Positions 59,355 through 64,000 of a DNA stretch of 64,000 nucleotides are shown here, piece after piece. The notes below the pieces were generated by a model. The model saw nothing but the letters and a program-made list of their open reading frames with translations. It was not told where the DNA came from and did not search any database. The position numbers and the translations under genes were made by a program. The DNA lies in NCBI GenBank assembly GCA_905178155.1, contig CAJINV010000011.1:1822454-1886453 (forward strand), read 5' to 3'. Numbering within the stretch: position 1 is the stretch's first letter; the number at the start of each line of letters is the position of its first letter. The DNA is from Amoebophrya sp. A120 (Eukaryota > Protista > Dinoflagellata).

Positions 59355-62300
59355 TCAACAATCACCAAGCAGCCGATCCCGTATCCCTTGCACGGTGGCT
59401 CGGTACTCCGGCACGGCTGACGGCTATCGACTGCAAATATGTCATCTGGGTCGTCTGGAATTGGTAGATCGGGAGAGTTTATTTCTGATGTCAGGCAAAT
59501 TGTACAATGACCCGGAATGGTGGTCTCGGTGATGCATGCTCTAGCATTAGCATTAGCATTAGCATTACAGGATTTGGATTTGCGAAGATCTTGCATGAGG
59601 ATAAATGCTTTCTCCGGACAGCAAATATTTATCAGAGCGCCCAGGACCAAAGAGCATATTTGCAATGCATAACAGCATGTCCCCTGCTATAGTCCCGGTT
59701 TCAAAATCCACGTCGTGGCGCCCTTTTAGCGTTTCTACGTCTATTTGCAGCAGGTTCCCTAGCGACCGGAAGGCCGCTTCCTCCGTCCGCGGTGCTGCGC
59801 TTGTTCGTTTGTCCTCTGCCCCCTCGAGAAAATGCGTAAACCAGGAATCCACATTCTCCTCCTGCGCAGCGTGCTGTGTGGGGGTCCCGAAAAGCGGGCT
59901 TTCCTCTTCCGTGTGCATCACGTAGGCGGAACGGTCGAGGAGGTAGATCCGCTATCCTGTGTAAATAAAGCGCCCCCGCGACCCCAAAGCCAGCACGATG
60001 TGATAATTCTATATCTGCTAGGTAAGTCCACAAGTTTATTTGCGATTGGCGCATGACGGATTGATGAGATGCAGATTTTCAGATTTGCATGACAAAACTC
60101 TGGGGTCGTGGGGGGCGTTTTTACTTCTCTGGATCATATCCGCAAAATGCACATCCCCACCGCAAAGCTGTCCGTTTGTCGTGGGTAATAGTGCGCCCTG
60201 AGCACAAGTTCCGGAGCACAGTACGTGGCGCGCCCGCACCCTGCGTCCTGCGAACACGAGAAGAGCCGGTCTTGAGGCAGTGTCGTTGTAGTAGTATGCC
60301 CCCCTTGGTCTTCTACTTCCTGGTGCTCCTCCTGACCCTCAGAACTACTACAAGGAGAAAAATTATTTTCGTCGTCCGCAGGGTTCGTGTCGCAGAACCC
60401 TAGCCGCCCCTCCGCCCCCTCCGGTCGTTCGGCTCTGGAAGATGAACCGCTGCTGCATTCCGAAGATGTTGCGGCAACACAGGGAAGCTGAGTCCTCGTC
60501 GGAAATAAATTGCTCTCGTCACGACAAGAACTTGTGGCAGCTGCCAGGTCGTGATTGCAGCGGCAATTTAATAAGACCGCAGGCGAGTTCTCTACCAATG
60601 AGCTGAAGTTATATGGTGGCGCGGGAGCGGGCTGGAGTTCGAAGCAGCCCGGAGTCATTTTCTGCTGCAAAAATGCGTCCTCGGCTGGTTCTCGTGGCGG
60701 AGCTCCCGTGGCCGAGGCGGCCTGGAGTTGTCCTGTCAAGCCGACACAATTATCGTCCTGCTTTTCCGGTGCTGGTCCTCGCGCTTTTTGGCAGCATTTG
60801 CGTATCCAGTGCAACAGCGAAGATGCTGCGGCGTGCGCCGCGGTGGTACCACTACCAGCACAGCGCAGAAATTGTAAGCAGCTCTTGCTTCTTGACGGTG
60901 TTCTAGACTTGATGTTCTCACGCGCCCACGCGTGCGCCGCTGCAGTTGTACTAGAGGTCGAATTGTGCAGCATGTTGTGGTCCATGTCCAGCACACCGAA
61001 TTCTTCGCTGCTGCTTGACGCGTCTACTTCACGAGGCCGTGCGGGATGTAGTAGTTCTTGGGACGTGTAGTTGTAGACAGTTTGATTGGAACCAACTGCC
61101 TGCTCGTCTCTGCCTGCTGCTTCTTGCTCGTACTCTTTTTTTCCTCGTCCAGTTGTTGTAGCAATTTTTTCACGCATCAGGAACGATGGCTCAGTAGAAC
61201 CAAGTTGATACTTATTTGTCTCCGTGTGTTTAGCGGAAGTACTAGCTGAGCGGCCTTGTTTACGTTCGACATTCTCCATTGCCGGGTCGTCCTCTTGGTG
61301 CCCTAGTACAACTTCTTGCGCACCAGCACTTCTGCCAGGTCGCAAGGGCGTCGGCTTGCCCTGTCGGACAGCCACCCTCCTTTGCCGCTTTAACGGCCGT
61401 TCCAGTGAGGAAGTGAAAGAGGGCGTCGTCGAAAGCAGCGTCTGCCCCGGCGTCGCGGTGCTTGTTTTTGAATGATGCTTTCCGTAGTTATTTTTACCCG
61501 CTGCTGCAGTTTCCGCACGACCTAGAGAAGCACGAAAGCGTTCCAAAAATGCAGCAGGAGCTGCGGGCTTTTCACGGCTTTCCCGCGGCCCCAGCTCTAC
61601 TTCCATCTTGGTCTGCTCGGTCTTGGGTTCCTCGCGTAGCGCGCAAGCTCGCCCGAAATCCGCGATGCGCACGTCGTCGTTCAGCAGCAGCACGTTCTCC
61701 AAGCTCAGGTCGCGATGCCCGACTCCCCGGTCATGCAGATACGCCACGCCGCGGCAAAGTTGCCTCACCCACTGTCGACGCAGAAACGCCCGCACGTGGT
61801 GTGGGGTGCTGGTTGGTGAAGTTGTTGTATATGCCTCGTCATGACAACTTCTTCCGTCATCTGGTGCACCACCCCTACAACTCGCTTTAATATTCGCGTC
61901 CTTCCTGTCTTCGCAGAACCACTGACGCAGACGGCTGTGCAGATCCTCCTGGCACAGCTCGGTGACGACGTAGACCGAGCGGGGACAGGTGTTCGTGCAA
62001 AAGCAGGCCAGCATCTTCAGAACAAAATTGTTGTTCCTGCCAGCTTCATCCTCCGTGCTGTCCTCCGTCGTGTAGTCACTCTCACTACCCTCCTCTTCGC
62101 TGGCCGTGGCGGTGGTCCTCGTGTAATGTGCACGAATTGTAGGCGGTGCCGCTTTATTCATTTTCCTCGTATTCTTGATGCGCGATGAACGAAGTCCGGC
62201 GCCACGATTTTTACCACCGCCTCTTCTACTTAAGCGTAGCAAAGCGTTTACCTCGTTTTCCGCTGAGTCTGCTGGCGCTGCTGGGACGCCGCTTCTGCTG

Positions 62301-63505
62301 GGGCGTGTCACCCCTGATATCGCGAACGTGCCACCTACTCGTTCCCGCGAAGAAATGATTGCTCCACTCCCGTTTTTCGGCGCCACGTAACACTTACCGA
62401 CGACCAGAAACGGCAGAAGAGAAGATGAGTCCAGCTCTTCACCATGTTGAACTCCCTCGCCATGCACATGCTCCGATACTAGTGGAGCAGATTTTTTCCG
62501 AAGATTTGCTAGTTCCCAGACCGCCACCGTGGTGCCCGACGCCTCGTCAAGCGCGATGGGCCAGAGAGACTTCTTTGGTCGCGGAGAGGTGCAGGCTGGT
62601 GAAGGTATTTGTGTTTCATCGCAGACAAATAACTCGTTCTCGGAAAAATTATCGCTCGCAAATTCATCGTCCGTTCCTTCTGCGCAGGCGCACAAAAACG
62701 AAGAAGCGCCAGGGGCGTGCGTCGGGGTCGCCGCGCTAGAAGGAGAAGGACTTGTTTTATTCCGCCCATGACGAGCTTGTCGCAGCATCGTCGGGGTCTC
62801 GGTTTCTTCTCTAGTTAATCTTGAAGACGAGGACCTGGGTCGTTGTACTCGTCCTACTTCTTGTGGACAAGTGGTTCTTTCGTCTTTCAAGAGTTTTGAG
62901 GCCTTCGGTAAGCGGTCGAGGAATTCGCGTCCTTTCTCACCGTCCGGAAACAGGACACGGCAAACCTCATCTTTCGCGGGAATCCGGAGGCTCCGGTCCT
63001 CCGTGGTACTGTTTTTCCGGGCCCGCACGCCGGGGAGCGACAGCTCCGGTTTCGACGCCCCCGCCGGAGACATCATGCTCACGCAGGTGCTCGTGCGACT
63101 CACGCTGACCATGGGGCCCCCCGCCCTGGCGTTGTAGTTCTGGTCCTCTGGCTCGAGTCTGCTGCCGCCTTTGGACAAGGGTGGAAAGTCTTTTAAGGCT
63201 TTCGACGTCCTACTGGTGGCGGGAATAGTATCAATGCGTGCTGTAACCGGAGAGTCTGGAGCTTCGTCAAATTCCTCAGCAGGAGATAACTCATCTGCAA
63301 ATCTGCCGGTGCCGGACTCCATTTCCGTCTCGTCCGTACTTTGTTCCAGAACGCCGAAAAGTTCACTTGAGGGCCGCCACCAAACTGCCCCCCTCTTCTC
63401 CTCAACCAGAAGGGAGAGAAAAAGCTGCACAGTCGTGTGTTTCATGGTACGAAAAATGGATGCAAGACGAGAACATGGAGGGAAAAGCGATGCACGGTAT
63501 AACAA
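59355..63505 (-). CDS. Ser/Thr protein kinase with very large low-complexity inserts; at least 3 exons; start uncertain
   Basis: YVVTELC, GVAYLH...HRDLSLENVLL, IADFG, CGRATYCAPE, DSFAVG. The frame continues through introners 59953-60138 and 59425-59671. Confidence 0.85.
59425..59671. mobile_element. Introner family B (degenerate)
   Basis: TAT...ATA ends, TGCAAATATG IR, flanks GCTGT/GCCGT. Confidence 0.8.
59953..60138. mobile_element. Introner family C
   Basis: Perfect direct repeat GCGGA and IR TAAA..CGCCCCC.CGACCCCA.AG. Removal restores MCILRIYLLDR. Confidence 0.9.
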
Positions 63506-63822
63506 CGTAAATTTGAATGTCTACCAATAGTGACAGCTGCACAAAAATCGAAATTTCTACCTGCACGATCCAACTGCTAGTATTAGTTGATGCACCAAAG
63601 CAATATGTTTCTGTTCTTTGATCTGTTTGTTTCGCCGGACACAAGGGCATGAGCAGCATGAGTAAAGATTCAACTTTCTATCTTGATAGATGAAACAAGT
63701 ACGCTGCCTGAAGATCCTGGTGATGCCGCCTTGTTCGATGAAATCGGCGCTACTTCTTCGCACGGAGACCCCGGTGGAATAGAGAGAAAAATGCTTCTAG
63801 TTCTACCTGCAGCTTCTTTCGC

Positions 63823-64000
63823 TATAACTCCTATTGCTGAGCAGGGGCAGTTAAAATTTTGCAACAGGGAGGAAAATCGCCCACGCCGAAAAGTTTTTCA
63901 CACTTTTCAAACTTTCTAAAGCTGTCGCGATTTGCGAAATCGCCCACCGCCCAACGGCCAACGGCAACCGGCCAAATCGCAAACGGCCAACGGCCAAATC
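63823..64000 (+). repeat. Second copy of the TATAACTCCTATTGCTGAGC terminus, running off the window into (A)ACGGCCA repeats
   Basis: Aligns with 50096-50240. Confidence 0.85.

Noticed and set aside
1-64000. Dinoflagellate spliced-leader relics, tRNA or rRNA genes
   Set aside because: No CCGTAGCCATTTTGGCTCAAG match or recognisable structural RNA seen by eye.

Overview
Eukaryotic, intron-rich DNA with every supportable gene on the minus strand. The intron architecture suggests a syndinian dinoflagellate (Amoebophrya-like); that assignment is inference. Contents: (1) The 5' ~10 kb of a DNAH1-type axonemal dynein heavy chain, split by 8 GT-AG introns and 12 non-canonical 'introner' elements. These elements have TAT...ATA ends, terminal inverted repeats and 5-bp flanking direct repeats; 7 more sit in other genes. 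(2) An apparently intact, young 7.1-kb Penelope-like retroelement (11767-18883) with an N-terminal GIY-YIG + RT ORF (Naiad/Chlamys-type order). It also has an unexpected 561-aa upstream ORF1, 494-bp terminal direct repeats, a predicted leader intron closed by a 16-bp inverted repeat, and a reconstructed palindromic target site. (3) Host genes: DEDD-type 3'-5' exonuclease-like protein, Tim23, a kinase-fold protein, two diverged paralogues of an unrecognised family, two ZnF-ankyrin-RING paralogues and a Ser/Thr kinase with a giant activation-loop insert. (4) Several satellite and complex repeat blocks. All coordinates were read by hand; no database searches were run.
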